DNA of 64,000 nucleotides from Geobacter sp. (GTDB lineage: Bacteria > Desulfobacterota > Desulfuromonadia > Geobacterales > Pseudopelobacteraceae): positions 16,390 to 80,389 of the forward strand of contig WKKS01000011.1 in the NCBI GenBank assembly GCA_009684515.1. The letters are read 5' to 3'. Made by a program: the position numbers and the translations under genes. Within the stretch, counting starts at the first letter, position 1. Each line of letters starts with the position of its first letter. A model generated the notes under the pieces. The model made no database searches and was not told the origin of the DNA. It saw nothing but the letters and a program-made list of their open reading frames with translations. This document shows, one piece after another, positions 1 through 13,600 of the stretch.

Positions 1-160
1 AGGGCGCTTTTTTGGAGTGCCATTGCACCCACCCCCCAAAAGTGTGGCTCCTGGTATTTCTGATAGGGGGAAAGCAGCCCCTGGCAGTTCCGGTCGAGAA
101 GCTGAAAATGCTGCGGCTGCAGCAGAACTCCCTGGTTCCAGAATAGCGGTTTTTGTGCGT

Positions 161-733
161 TCATTTTTTTTCCTTGCCCTGAATGGTTACGGTGCCTTTT
201 GTGATGTTCTTGAGTTCTATGATCTCCTGTGGCCCCAGGTACAGATCAATGTTGAGCTTTGCGCTCTTCTGGACCAGTGTGGAGCCTTTTCTGACCTCTG
301 TGACCGGAATCGGATAAGAGCGGACGGAGCCTTCCTTATGGAGCGTGTAATAACCCGCCACCACCCCGACGAACTTTGCCCCGTCGGTACGGTCCAGCAG
401 TTCGGTCATCTCCCGCCCGGGTTGGGCCACAATCCTCCTGGAATAGGTGACGCTTGGATCAAAGCGGCTGCATTCCAGCAGTTTCAGTAGCCCACCCTTC
501 TCATCGATCAACTGGTTGAAGCCGTTCGGGTCGCGCAGATGATAAAGGCAGATCATGAGCGAGTGGGCCTGGTTCTGAAAAAGATTCAGTTGCGGGTCGC
601 TGGTGAAGTGCAGCTGAATAGCGTCTTTTTCATAACCCCATTCGGGCGGCAGTTTTACCAGCGGCGCGGAAGAGCATGCCGAGAACAGTGAGGCTACACA
701 AAGATATAATGCTATCCTGATGATCTGGATCAT
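161..733 (-). CDS. Lipoprotein, possibly TssJ/VasD-like (type VI secretion lipoprotein family)
   Basis: Lipobox signal (MIQIIRIALYLCVASLFSAC|SS) and an AGGAGG SD upstream of the ATG. The pattern LNLF..AHSLMICLYHLRDPNGF...PG....FVGVVAGY resembles the TssJ profile from memory. No other T6SS genes are in the window. Confidence 0.45.
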   Translation of the reverse strand: MIQIIRIALYLCVASLFSACSSAPLVKLPPEWGYEKDAIQLHFTSDPQLNLFQNQAHSLMICLYHLRDPNGFNQLIDEKGGLLKLLECSRFDPSVTYSRRIVAQPGREMTELLDRTDGAKFVGVVAGYYTLHKEGSVRSYPIPVTEVRKGSTLVQKSAKLNIDLYLGPQEIIELKNITKGTVTIQGKEKK

Positions 734-1434
734 CGAGGCCTCCTTGCCATCGTGATAATCGTCGCAAACAATTTAATTAAACTCAGATGTGAAACTGGAT
801 TGGATTTACTGCTTTGCTACCTTGCGTTGAAAATGAGTATATCGTGGTGTTTTTGATTTCATGGGGCGGGAAAATCCTGCACTTGCCGGCCATAACCGGC
901 GGAATATCAAAAAATACCATTTGCCGCTCCCGGCGGGATTGGCAAGCATTGCGCTACGGTCGAAAAGTCAAGCATGTTGATTTGTTTACGATTGTGGATG
1001 GTAAAAATATTAGCTCACATATTTAAATGTTTGCTAACGCTGATTAGCGTTACTCTATTAACCGATTATCAGTATGGTTGTCAATTAAAAGGTTGAATTT
1101 GAACAACTTCATTGGAGGCGCTGTTTTATTGCGGGGATGATTTTGAAGTGTCGTCGGTTATTGCCATTGCACTGTTAAATGTGATTAACGGTATGCAGGG
1201 CGTATAGAGGCGAGGCGAACTGCAAAATGTGGCTGATTCTGCTGGTGGTCTGCAATGAATAGGTGGAAATGTAGGGAGAATACGATACAAACGGTAGAAT
1301 GAGTGGGACAATCGTGAAATTGTTTTATTGTCCATATCCGGAATTTGTCCGGACGAGTAATCGATAGCGGACTATATTGCTGGCTGACTTAAAAAAAACA
1401 GCTGATTTCTTAGGGGCAAGCGCACAACCAGCAA

Positions 1435-3063
1435 CTATTCCTTGATCTGCTCAAGCAGGATCTGAACGTCCGGCAGGGTGGCAATCTCACACTGCTCCTC
1501 GAGAACTTTAGCAAGTATTTCTTCGGTGGTCAGGGGGTTGGCCATCACTACGCGGAAGACGGTAATGGTGTCGCCGTTGTAGCGTCCCGGAGCGAGAGTT
1601 GTGCGGGAAACGAAGGTCTTACCCGCTTCGCGCTGGCGTTTTTGCATGGTTTCAATGATCTTGTCGAGCAGTTTGTTGATGCGGACGGCCCGCTCTGGCG
1701 GAGCTTGGGCCAGTATCAATTGCGCCCAGGCCGGAATGTAGCGGTAGGTGAGGATGTTGAGCTCGGGTTCTGACACCAGCTCGAAATCGGGATGGGCGTC
1801 TATGCGGCGTGCGAAACGACGGGCGCGTTCGATGCCCTGATCTATAAGAAGCTCGTACCCCTTGCGGCCGATAATGGAGAGTCCGGCGTGAACCAGCATG
1901 GCCATGCCGGGGCGCGAACCTTCCAGAGTTCGGCTGCCCAGGTCCCTGGATCCCCGGCGGATGATGTAGGCGGCGTGGTGTTCGATGGAGGAGAGGGTGG
2001 CGGGGTCCTTGAACAGCACCATGCCGGCGCCCATCGGGACATAGAGCTGTTTGTGGGCATCGATGGTAACCGAGTCGGCCCGTTCGATGCCACGCAGCAA
2101 TCCCCGATAAGTATCCGAAAAAAGGGTCGGCCCACCCCAGGCGGCATCCACATGGAAATGGCAGCCCAGCTCTGCGGCCAGATCGGCCAGGGCCTCCAGA
2201 GGGTCAACGTTGCCAGTTTCGGTGGTGCCGGCGATTCCGATCAGGCTCAGAGGGCGGATGCCCTCGCCTTGCAGTCTGTTGCACCGTTCACGAAGCAGTT
2301 TCATGTCGATACGGTTATTGTCATCCGTTTCAACGGTAATCAGGTTGTCCTGCCCGATGCCCAGCACGTCGGCGGCTTTTCTCAGGGAATAATGCCCGCG
2401 ACGGGAAACAAAAATAGCCAAGCCTTGACAGTCCAGATGCCGCAGGGCCTTGAAGAGTCCCTCCCTTGCGATGCCCTTGAAATCCCCCGAGGGGCCGCAG
2501 AGGCGGTTACGGGCCGCCCACAGGGCGGTGACGTTGGCGATGGTGCCGCCGGAGCAGAAGGCGCCCAGGGAATAGTTGCTGTTCTGAATCCACTGGCTGT
2601 AAAAATCGTCGCTGCCGTTGTAGATCAGTCTGTGAAGCATCGCCAGTACCTGCCGCTCCATGGGGGTAAAGGCGCGGGAAGTTTCCACCTTGACCAGATT
2701 CTGGTTGAGCGCAGTCAGAATTCGGGAGAGAGGAATCATGAAGTAAGGGAGTGCGGAGGTCATATGCCCGATAAAGCCGGGCGAAGCGGTATGTACGGAC
2801 TGGGAAACCAGTTTTTCCTTGAGGAATTCGGTGTAGTCTGAAACGTAAGTGGGAGCTTCCGGGATGTGGGAGCTGGAAAAATCCCGCTCAATTTCGTCGA
2901 GGTCGCGCTCAACCGCTACGATATGCGCCTGCAAAAAACCGGTCAAATCATCGGATATGGCCTGATCTATGCGGCCCAGAGTTGAGTCAGGAGCTTCGGG
3001 GATAGTGAAAATCCGGTAAATATTCTCCAGATTGGCCTGGGCAAGTTCTCTTGATTTGGGCAT
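1435..3063 (-). CDS. PLP-dependent group II amino-acid decarboxylase (GAD/PanP-like)
   Basis: 542 aa. The PLP-lysine motif S.T.DAHKQLYVPMGAG and the surrounding fold-type I decarboxylase blocks (GGTIAN, HVDAAWGG) are present. Confidence 0.8.
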   Translation of the reverse strand: MPKSRELAQANLENIYRIFTIPEAPDSTLGRIDQAISDDLTGFLQAHIVAVERDLDEIERDFSSSHIPEAPTYVSDYTEFLKEKLVSQSVHTASPGFIGHMTSALPYFMIPLSRILTALNQNLVKVETSRAFTPMERQVLAMLHRLIYNGSDDFYSQWIQNSNYSLGAFCSGGTIANVTALWAARNRLCGPSGDFKGIAREGLFKALRHLDCQGLAIFVSRRGHYSLRKAADVLGIGQDNLITVETDDNNRIDMKLLRERCNRLQGEGIRPLSLIGIAGTTETGNVDPLEALADLAAELGCHFHVDAAWGGPTLFSDTYRGLLRGIERADSVTIDAHKQLYVPMGAGMVLFKDPATLSSIEHHAAYIIRRGSRDLGSRTLEGSRPGMAMLVHAGLSIIGRKGYELLIDQGIERARRFARRIDAHPDFELVSEPELNILTYRYIPAWAQLILAQAPPERAVRINKLLDKIIETMQKRQREAGKTFVSRTTLAPGRYNGDTITVFRVVMANPLTTEEILAKVLEEQCEIATLPDVQILLEQIKE

Positions 3064-3206
3064 GGGAGTAGGGCCACCAATTAATTAAAGGGATTAACAC
3101 CACGGCGAAAATGTGTTTTCGCAAGAGATGTAACGTCAGGATAAAAATAGGTACCCCTGTATACCGAACCGGCCCTCCTTCTGTCAAATTCAAAAAAAGT
3201 TAATAG

Positions 3207-3647
3207 GTGGAACAGCTCGAAAGGGAAAATGTGGACTGGATCGTTGGCTCGACCCATATCGACGCCGAAGGTGACCCACCTGCCATCTGTAACTCACTGA
3301 TATCTGGTTTAGAGATGGGTCAAGCAGATGCCGGGACAAAATTGGAAGCCGATTCACAATTGACGGATTTGAAGTTCAAAGTGGAACAGCTGGAAGGGGA
3401 AAACGAGGGTTGTATTGACAACGGCAAGCGTTTACTCGAACTCGCGCAAAAGGCCGCCAGTCTTTACTCTGCACAGATTCCGGCCGAAAAAAGGAAGTTG
3501 CTTAATTTGGTGCACTCGAACTCCACTTGGGCAGGTGGGGAACTGGCCACAAACTACAGAAAACCTTTTGATATGATTGCAGGAAGCAACAGTGAGTGTC
3601 AAAGAAAAAAGGCCACTTCTCTTGCGAAAAGTGACCTTTTGGATATT
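3207..3647 (+). pseudogene. C-terminal remnant of a large serine recombinase (no catalytic N-terminal domain)
   Basis: The ORF translation contains a coiled-coil stretch and then AEKRKLLNLVHSNSTWAGGELATNYRKPFDMIA. This matches the conserved C-terminal tail of large serine recombinases as I recall it. The resolvase domain is missing, and the ORF reads straight into the antisense of tRNA-Glu. Confidence 0.45.
3603..3636 (-). terminator. Rho-independent terminator downstream of tRNA-Glu
   Basis: On the minus strand, the hairpin GGUCACUU-N10-AAGUGGCC (3611-3636) is followed by UUUUUU. Confidence 0.7.
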
Positions 3648-3725
<78 letters not shown>

Positions 3726-3788
3726 GTTTGAACTTGCCACGCAGTTCCATTTAAGGAATCAGGCCCATGAGTGCGTGACGAGATGGAC

Positions 3789-3817
3789 TTTATAGACGAC
3801 TACAAAAAACAAGTCAA
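3789..3817 (-). promoter_or_regulatory. Sigma70-type promoter for tRNA-Glu
   Basis: Minus strand reads TTGACT-17 nt-TATAAA. It lies about 55-60 nt upstream of the mature tRNA 5' end. Confidence 0.4.
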
Positions 3818-3854
3818 CTATTTTTTTTGCAGATGCGTTTTTTTGTGAAAATTA

Positions 3855-4958
3855 TCAGCTTTGAACTTTATCCAAAAAACCGCAAATCAATGGTGCAAAT
3901 GTTTCGTGTTCCAGTAGAAAAGCGTCATGGCCGTAGGCTGACGTTATCAGGTGGTATTCGGATTGTTTTCCAAGATCTTTAAGGCAGGTGGCCATCTCTT
4001 CAGTTTGGTATGCCGGATAAAGCCAGTCGGATGTGAAAGCGTAAAACTGAATCGGAGCTTTTACCTGCTCGAAGGCTTCGCTCATCGATTCATAGCCCCA
4101 GGCGATATCGTAGAGATCCAGTGATTTTGCCAAATATAGAAAAGAGTTGGCATCAAAACGGTCTACAAAGTTGTAGCCATTATAATTCAGGTAGCGTTCG
4201 ACCTCAAACTGTCCGAAGAAGTCAAACTTGCCGTCTCGTGCAGAAAATCTGCGTCCGAATTTGGCATTCATTGATTCGTCTGACAGGAAGGTGATATGGC
4301 CGATGCCTCGTGCCAATGCGAGTCCGTCTTTTGGGTTGTGTTTGTATTCGCCTTTGCGCCAGGTCGGGTCGTTGAAAATAGCCCACCGGGCTACAGCGTT
4401 TAACGATATTGCTTGTGGTGACGGCCGCGGTGTGGAAGCCAGCACGATGGCAGACGCGATATTGTCCGGATACTGGGTCGCCCATTCCAGGGCTTGCATG
4501 CCGCCCATGCTGCCGCCCATGACGGTTAGTAACTTGTTGATTCCCATGGAATCAATTAATAGCTTTTGGGCGCGCACCATGTCACGAACAGTTATGACTG
4601 GAAATGAAAGGTTGTATCTTTTGCCGGTTTTGGGGTTGATTGATGTTGGGCCTGTTGAGCCGTAGCAGGAGCCAATTACGTTGGAGCAGATTACGAAGTA
4701 GCGATTGGTGTCTAATAGTCTTCCGGGGCCGACGATGGCATCCCACCAACCCGGTTTGCTGTCTGAATCGTCATGCTTTCCAGCCAGGTGGGCATCGCCT
4801 GTCCACGCATGTTCAACCAGGATTGCGTTGGAGCGGTGTTCGTTAAGAGTACCATATGTTTCATAGGCAAGCGTAATGGGTGCCAGTATGCGCCCGCTGT
4901 CCAGTTTTATGCCGGATTCAAAAGTCTTAGATTGTTCAGTGACAATGCCGACAGACAT
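3855..4958 (-). CDS. metX: Homoserine O-acetyltransferase
   Basis: Strong MetX blocks are present: [64 protein letters not shown] chose the start MSVGIV at 4958, 20 codons inside the track ORF, because the riboswitch terminator occupies the upstream codons. Confidence 0.93.
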   Translation of the reverse strand: MSVGIVTEQSKTFESGIKLDSGRILAPITLAYETYGTLNEHRSNAILVEHAWTGDAHLAGKHDDSDSKPGWWDAIVGPGRLLDTNRYFVICSNVIGSCYGSTGPTSINPKTGKRYNLSFPVITVRDMVRAQKLLIDSMGINKLLTVMGGSMGGMQALEWATQYPDNIASAIVLASTPRPSPQAISLNAVARWAIFNDPTWRKGEYKHNPKDGLALARGIGHITFLSDESMNAKFGRRFSARDGKFDFFGQFEVERYLNYNGYNFVDRFDANSFLYLAKSLDLYDIAWGYESMSEAFEQVKAPIQFYAFTSDWLYPAYQTEEMATCLKDLGKQSEYHLITSAYGHDAFLLEHETFAPLICGFLDKVQS

Positions 4959-4959
4959 C

Positions 4960-4993
4960 AAAAAGCCCCTTCGTATTCTAAAGACGAAGGGGC
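4960..4993 (-). terminator. Expression-platform terminator of the SAM-I riboswitch
   Basis: Minus strand reads GGCCCCUUCGUCUUUAGAAUACGAAGGGGCUUUUU, directly abutting the metX ATG. The only SD-like sequence (GAAGGGG) lies in the 3' arm of the stem. Confidence 0.75.
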
Positions 4994-5017
4994 CGGTATT
5001 TGTAAATACACAGCACA

Positions 5018-5118
5018 CCCCTCATCGTTGCCTTTCGGCAGGAATTAGCACCTGACGCCTCATTGGCCGGTTGCTGTGGTTTCGCAGGGCCTTTCCCTCC
5101 ACCACTCTAGATAAGCAG
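5018..5118 (-). promoter_or_regulatory. SAM-I (S-box) riboswitch aptamer
   Basis: Minus strand reads CTTATCTAGAGTGGTGGAGGGAAAGGCCCTGCGAAACCACAGCAACCGG...GGTGCTAATTCCTGCCGAAAGGCAACGATGAGG. This matches the conserved S-box core (CTTATC.AGAG.GG.GGAGGGA..GGCCC...GAA.CC..GCAACC....GGTGCTAA.TCC) with P1 closure CTTATC/GATGAG. Confidence 0.85.
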
Positions 5119-5293
5119 GTTTGTATGGTGAACAATACGAAATTACACGTTCTATTGTCAACAAATTTGAAAGTTGCCTGATCTGTCGCTGCCACCGGTT
5201 CGGTGTCAAATTGTCTGGAAAATAAGCGCCCCGTCTGTTATATAACCAGTCAACAAATATAGTGTTAATTATACTCTTCGAAGAGGGGGTTTC

Positions 5294-6289
5294 ATGAAAA
5301 GGTTGTTGTTATGCATTCTGGCTGTTGCCATTTTTATGACTGGCTGCGCCAAAAACTATTATAATGTTCCGACGGAAAGTTTTGCGGATAAGGTCAAAGT
5401 GCTGGGCATTGCACCTATTTTTGTAGATGCCGATTCCGACATTAAGCATCCCCAGAAGGACCTGTTGATTCAGCTGTTGGCAGATCTGAACCGTAGATAC
5501 GAGCCGCAATTGGTTCGCAAGTTAAAAGTCACCGGTAACTTCTATACGGTTGCTCTGCTTGATGGTGACCCCGTGCGCTTGTTTGAGTCTCTTATGTTCA
5601 GGCGGGAGAAGCGGGATGATGCATCAGTTCAGTATAATAAATATTTTTGGAAGACTGATGAGCTTCGCAATTTCATGCAGAAAAACAGTCTTGATGCCGT
5701 CATGCTGCTGACCATTAGTGGTTTGTCTAAAACAGATAAAATATATTCCAGTAACCTGCTTACATCTTTGGAAACAGACTACAATTATCTGACACTGACA
5801 GCTCAGATGCTTGATGCAAATGGTACCATCCTGTGGGAATACCCGAATTTCCGTCGTCGTTTGTTGAGCTATTCTCCGCTGATTAATCTGCAGTACCCGG
5901 ATTTTAGCGAGTCCGATGCCAATTTCTCTAAAAAAACTGAAGTTAAGTTCAAAACTATTGACGGAATTCGCAGGGCACTTGAGCTTAAGCGTAAAGATTG
6001 GTTGTTGAGGGAAACCAAGGAGCCTGAATCATATGCCGCACAATTTGACGAGATCGTTTCGCTTATCAAATATGATCTTGGTAAGGACGCTAAAGATGCG
6101 CCCCCCGTGGTTGATGTGAATCGACAGCGACCAACGGAAATGCCCAAGCCGGTAGAAGTGAGTCCCAAATCTGCCCCGCCGTCAGCTCCGCCGATCGTCT
6201 CTGAACCGGTTCGCAGTCCGTCTGTTCCGGTTGATGCACCGGCAGCCAACAGCGATGAAATAGTTCCGGCAACTGGCAGTACTCGCTAA
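5294..6289 (+). CDS. Hypothetical lipoprotein with Pro/Ser/Ala-rich C-terminal tail
   Basis: Lipobox (LAVAIFMTGC|AK) and a GAGGGGG SD. The globular domain is followed by the low-complexity tail PKPVEVSPKSAPPSAPPIVSEPVRSPSVPVDAPAAN. Confidence 0.7.
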   Translation: MKRLLLCILAVAIFMTGCAKNYYNVPTESFADKVKVLGIAPIFVDADSDIKHPQKDLLIQLLADLNRRYEPQLVRKLKVTGNFYTVALLDGDPVRLFESLMFRREKRDDASVQYNKYFWKTDELRNFMQKNSLDAVMLLTISGLSKTDKIYSSNLLTSLETDYNYLTLTAQMLDANGTILWEYPNFRRRLLSYSPLINLQYPDFSESDANFSKKTEVKFKTIDGIRRALELKRKDWLLRETKEPESYAAQFDEIVSLIKYDLGKDAKDAPPVVDVNRQRPTEMPKPVEVSPKSAPPSAPPIVSEPVRSPSVPVDAPAANSDEIVPATGSTR

Positions 6290-6481
6290 GAAGCTGTTTG
6301 TTGCCGGTTCGCTGTCCTCATCTATTTGTAAGTCTCAAGTTGTGTTGTACCGCTTCATGAACATTTTGTTTGGCCATAGTCAAGAAAAGGTCGGCAATAC
6401 ACCGTTGCTGACCTTTTTTTTTGACATGGTTAGCATATTTTGCGATAATCCGCCGGCTTCACAATCAGTAATGGAGGTACC

Positions 6482-7971
6482 ATGGGAAAACTTCTCGTCA
6501 TATGCACCGTTTTACTGGCATCACTTTCTTCCGTGCCAGTTTTTGCTGCTCAGTTAAAGGTTTTTGTTTCCGATATGAATGTTGTTGGGGCAGCCGGCAG
6601 AGATGAGATGAAAGCCACTCTACAGACACTCCTGGCATCACGTCTTAACAGCGATAAAGTTATGTCGGTGGACAGCGCAGCAGAGGCTGATGTTTTGGTT
6701 ACCGGAACCTATGTAGCCATTGGCAAGGTGTTCAGCGTTGATGCTCTGGCCAAAACCTCGGGCGGCAAATCTCTTACCCGGGCATTTGTCCAGGGGGAGA
6801 GTCAGGATGAATTGATTCCGGCCATAGGTAAGTTGGCTGACAAACTCACTGCGGAATTTTCTCGTCTGTATATGTCTGCCCCTGCAACCGCTGAAGCACC
6901 TCTGGTACCTTCTGTCATGCCAGTTCGCAACAAAGAAATTATCAGGGCAGTGAATACTCCGCAGGCAAAAACGCCTGAGTTTATAAAGCCTCTTGTCAGT
7001 GAACAGAGTAGTACCGGTAATTGGATTAGCAAACGAATTATCGGTGCGGCCAACCTTTTAACTCAGGGCCGGATATTGCCGGATGGCAGCAGGCAGGTGT
7101 TTTTGGCTGAAGATCGTCGGGTTTCCTATTATCTTCAATCCAGTGACATGAAGCTGATCACTGAAATAGAGTTTGCGTCAAACGAAAAAATAGTCTCGCT
7201 GGATGCCCTTAAATCCGGAGACGATATTGAACTTTATGTCAGTATCGTTCGCGGTAACGATCTTTCTTCTCAGATATTCCTGCTCAAAGGGGAAAAGCTG
7301 GTTAAGATAGCCGATGGTCTCCCCTACTTCTTCAGGGTATTTGCACTTGCCGGGGCAGATCGAAAACTGTATGTCCAGGGAATGGGGCGTGACGCAGATT
7401 TTTTTGGTGACGTTTATGAAGCTGTCCGTTCGGGCAGTGCAATCTCCCTGAAAAATCCTATCAAAATGCCCAGATTTGCAAATATTTATGCATTCAACCA
7501 GTTTGTTGACTCCTCCGGTGCCAAATTCACTGCTGCATTCAATCCGGATGACTACCTGATCATTTATGACGAAGAACGGAAAGAATTGTGGCGAAGCAAC
7601 GACAAGTTCGGCGGATCGGAATTGTACTTTCTGAAAGAAGATCTGGACAATGTCCGTGTGACCGGTGATATTAATCGTTGGATCTTCATGAATCAGCGAA
7701 TTCAGGTGACTGCAAAGGGTGAACTGCTCGTTGGAAAGAATGATGGCTTCTGGGTTTTGGGCAATGCGCGTTCTTATAAGAAGGGTGCTGTATATTGCCT
7801 GGTATGGAACGGCTCAAGCCTGGAAGAAAAATGGCACACCCGCGACACACAAAACTATATGCCGGACTACTTTCTGGATGAGGGGCGGAATGAACTGCTG
7901 ATTCTCCAAACCGTTCAAAGGCCTGGAGTGTCGAATCGTGGCGCTTCTTCCCTGTCAATTAAGAAGGTCGA

Positions 7972-7975
<4 letters not shown>
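6482..7975 (+). CDS. Secreted protein with an N-terminal small alpha/beta domain and a beta-propeller/FG-GAP-like region (hypothetical)
   Basis: Sec signal ([13 protein letters not shown]|AQ) and a GGAGG SD. The repeat-like beta-rich C-terminal part is an inference; no family is recognised with certainty. Confidence 0.65.
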
Positions 7976-10574
<2,599 letters not shown>

Positions 10575-10602
10575 ATCGATAACAAACCAGATTACTAAAT
10601 AA

Positions 10603-10631
10603 GAAAGGCCGACATAGATTGTCGGCCTTTC
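10603..10631. terminator. Bidirectional hairpin terminator between purA and the GH13 gene
   Basis: GAAAGGCCGAC-ATAGATT-GTCGGCCTTTC, flanked by A/T runs and lying between convergent genes. Confidence 0.7.
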
Positions 10632-10674
10632 CTATTTGAAGTGCAAAAAGGAGCTAATGTTTGCGAATAAACGC

Positions 10675-13600
10675 TTAAGCAGTTCTTTTCTTCACCTTGC
10701 TTGAGCTGCCTGTATTATTTCTGGAAATAGTTTTGACGAACAGTGCGGATTTATAACCGACGCTCTTTGCAAGGTCAGTGGCCTTAATGATGACGTTTTC
10801 CGCCTTTGCCATACGCGAACAGATAACAGCATGAGATTTTACGGATATGAGGCCGTCGAGCAGCTTCAGAAGAATCGTCCATTCGCATAATTCATCAAAT
10901 CTTTCCTTGTTGAACCACTCTGTCCCGCCACTTTCGTGAATTAGTAAATAGGAGCGGCACGCTGGAAGTGAGAACATGTTTAATATGTCAGCATGGTCGG
11001 TTTGTTTGGCCGTAACACCCTTATCCGCATTTCGCAGTTCAATGAGCGCTGTCAGCAGCTGAACACAGCGGCTATGCAGATCCCGGTCATGGTCTTGCAT
11101 AAGCAGCTGTTTCAGGACCCAGTCGAGGCCGAAACATTCCGGAGATATTAGTGAGTCTCGCAGAACGAGCCAGGCCAGTACCAGTCTGGTGGCAGCTTGA
11201 TCCGAAAAACGACTGGCTACTCTGACTTGCAAGTTGGCAGTGTCGTTAGATTTCGGAGTTTGGGCCAGCAGTTTCTGGAGGCTGTCGAAACAGGCTGTCA
11301 GCTCCTTGCCTTTACCAGGAGTTCTCTGCTTGCCTGGCCGCCTCAATCCTTTTTGGGGAATATCGGCAGTTTCAAAACGGGCGGACTCTGCCAACAATAC
11401 TGCTCTGAAATCGTCGATAGCCTGAGGAAGTTCGTCTGCATAGATGCCGGAAATTCGTCTTGCGCCGGATAATGGAATCAATCTGAGGAGATTGCGAAAC
11501 AAACAGTTAAGTCTGGCGAACTCGAGTTGCTTGCGTTCGTCTTCAAGCGAAACTACCCCGGTCCCGTTCAGATGAGAATGAAGCGAACGCCATGAGTGGT
11601 TCGAATCATCCTGTATGAACTTGAAGTCCATGAAAACATGGAACTGATACTCGCTTAATTCAATGTAAAGTCCTTTTTCACGCAGCTCACTGGCTGAACG
11701 TACGAATTCAAGTTGTTGCGTCAGGTCTGTGAAGATTACGAAATTGTTTTCACCGTTAATAATTCCAAGTGCTTCGCCCAAAGTAGTTCGTTCAAGTTTC
11801 TGTTCAGCACCTGTCTCTGGTCTGGCAAAAAGAGCTGATTCACGTATCCATCCGGAGGTGGTGGAGTGGCAGTTGTTATATAAGACCAGCGCTTTATGCT
11901 CTTTTTCGCAGTTAGAGTAGGCAAAAACATTATCATCTATGATGTTGCCCGCGTAAAAGTCATACAAAACAAAATTTTTGGAACCTGAAAACAGCCATCT
12001 TCGCTTCAGAAGTGGAAATATCCACATTTCATGCCCGCGTACCAGGCCTTCGTCAACCTGCTCATCCCAATAAGCCCGCTTGTACTCCATTCCATACTTT
12101 TCATGAAACCCTTCAATCTGCCCATGACCGATCATTGGTAGGCCCGGCATGGTTGCCAGCAACACACAAGCGCCAAAATACTTGCCTTGCGAGCCAAACT
12201 GCGCAACGGCCGTTTTCTCGTCAGGATTATTCATAAAGTTCACAAACCGCTTCAGAACTTCATGGTTGAATTCCAGCACATTCTTTATGGTTTGGCGGTA
12301 TTTGGCATTTTCCTCATTCTTGAGCATATTCATGAAGGCGCTGTTGTAGACCCGGTGCATCCCCAGCGTTCTAACAAAATACCCTTCCATCATCCAGAAA
12401 GCCTCCGCCAGCAGCAGCGTGCCGGGGGACTCTACTGCTACTCTATCCACCACCTCGCGCCAGAATTCTACCGGGAAAACGGTATTGAACTCTTCTTTGC
12501 TCATGCCATGTTCTACTCGGGATGGAATACCGCCACCCAGGCCGCGCAATGGGAACCAGAGCCTTTGGTAATGCTTTTTTGCAAGTGTCATGGCCGCGTC
12601 AAACCGGATGATCGGGAAGTTGCGGGCTACGTGCAGAATCGTTTGAATAACCGATTCGCGTACTTCCGGGATCAGGTAGTTGAGCTGAGCGGTGTCATTC
12701 CAGGGGATACTGGTGCCGTCATTTCCGTGGTAGATGTAACGCGTGCGCCCATCACGACGATCGTGGAGTCTAAAAACAACGGCGGCGTCACTTTTGCTCC
12801 AATAGCCATCCTCGATCTGAATGCAGATATTTTCATCTTCAGACAGGTCAGCGCCATTGAACTGGTAGTTTGGAAAGGGAGGGTAGTCGGTTTGGATAAA
12901 CCAGTCCGGGTGCTGGACCACCCAGCGGGAATAAATGCCGGTATGGTTTGGCACCATGTCGCTGGCCAGTCGGATGCCACGCCTGAGTGCCCTATCTCGC
13001 AGGTTGGCCAATGCATCCCAACCGCCCAGGTCTGCAGCGACTTCGTAGTCGTAAAGCGAGTAGGCGGAAGCGATCGCATCCGGGTTGCCGCAAATCTGCT
13101 TGATGTGTTGAGATGCAGCCGAGCGTTCCCATAATCCGATCAGCCAGAGGCCAGTGAAACCCCAATTTGCCAATCGATCAAGTTCAGCATCCGGCACCTG
13201 ATCAAGCCGGGTGATTGGATAGCCGTGCAAACGACTAAGCTGCTCCAGCCAGACATAGACCATTTTGGCCATGAGAACGACATTGGACATCCAGTCCGTG
13301 TCTTGGGAAAAATTCTCGTATTCGGGGTAATCAAAACCAGAAAAAACCGATCCGCCACCCGGTCGTTCCCCGTGCCTGTCTGAAGAATCAGACCTGTGGC
13401 CGAATTCCAGCACAGGAGCTGGGGGAGGTTCCCCGGTTCCCATTCCGCGCTCCCGATGTTCTTCGTAGAGCATATCAAGGGCGGTTTCTGCTTCATGAAT
13501 AATATCTGGTGGAAGTATGGCCTGCCAATGGCTGCGGATGTAACCAACCTGTCCGGCCAGAGAGGTGGGTGATGAGTTGACCGCCGATAGCAGTTCGTCA

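Noticed and set aside
1-13. AGGGCGCTTTTTT at the very start of the window as a terminator tail
   Set aside because: It looks like the 3' arm plus T-run of a terminator for an upstream plus-strand gene. The 5' arm lies outside the window, so this cannot be verified.
17-490. 157-aa plus-strand ORF at the window start
   Set aside because: It overlaps the minus-strand lipoprotein gene, which has an AGGAGG SD and a lipobox. The plus-strand product is Pro/Gly/Ala-rich and has no SD.
814-1335. ORFs 814-1026 (+) and 1126-1335 (-) in the AT-rich spacer
   Set aside because: They have no SD and odd composition (Cys/Trp/Arg-rich or Ser/Pro/Thr-rich), with no motifs. I treat the region as non-coding.
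1792-2841. 349-aa plus-strand ORF inside the decarboxylase gene
   Set aside because: It is antisense to a gene with clear PLP-decarboxylase motifs. The translation is Gly/Ala/Arg-rich low-complexity sequence with no motifs and no SD. This is a typical shadow ORF in GC-rich coding DNA.
12187-13134. 315-aa plus-strand ORF inside the GH13 gene
   Set aside because: It is antisense to the conserved GH13 catalytic blocks and has no motifs of its own. The other ORFs at 11197-14158 on the plus strand are rejected for the same reason.
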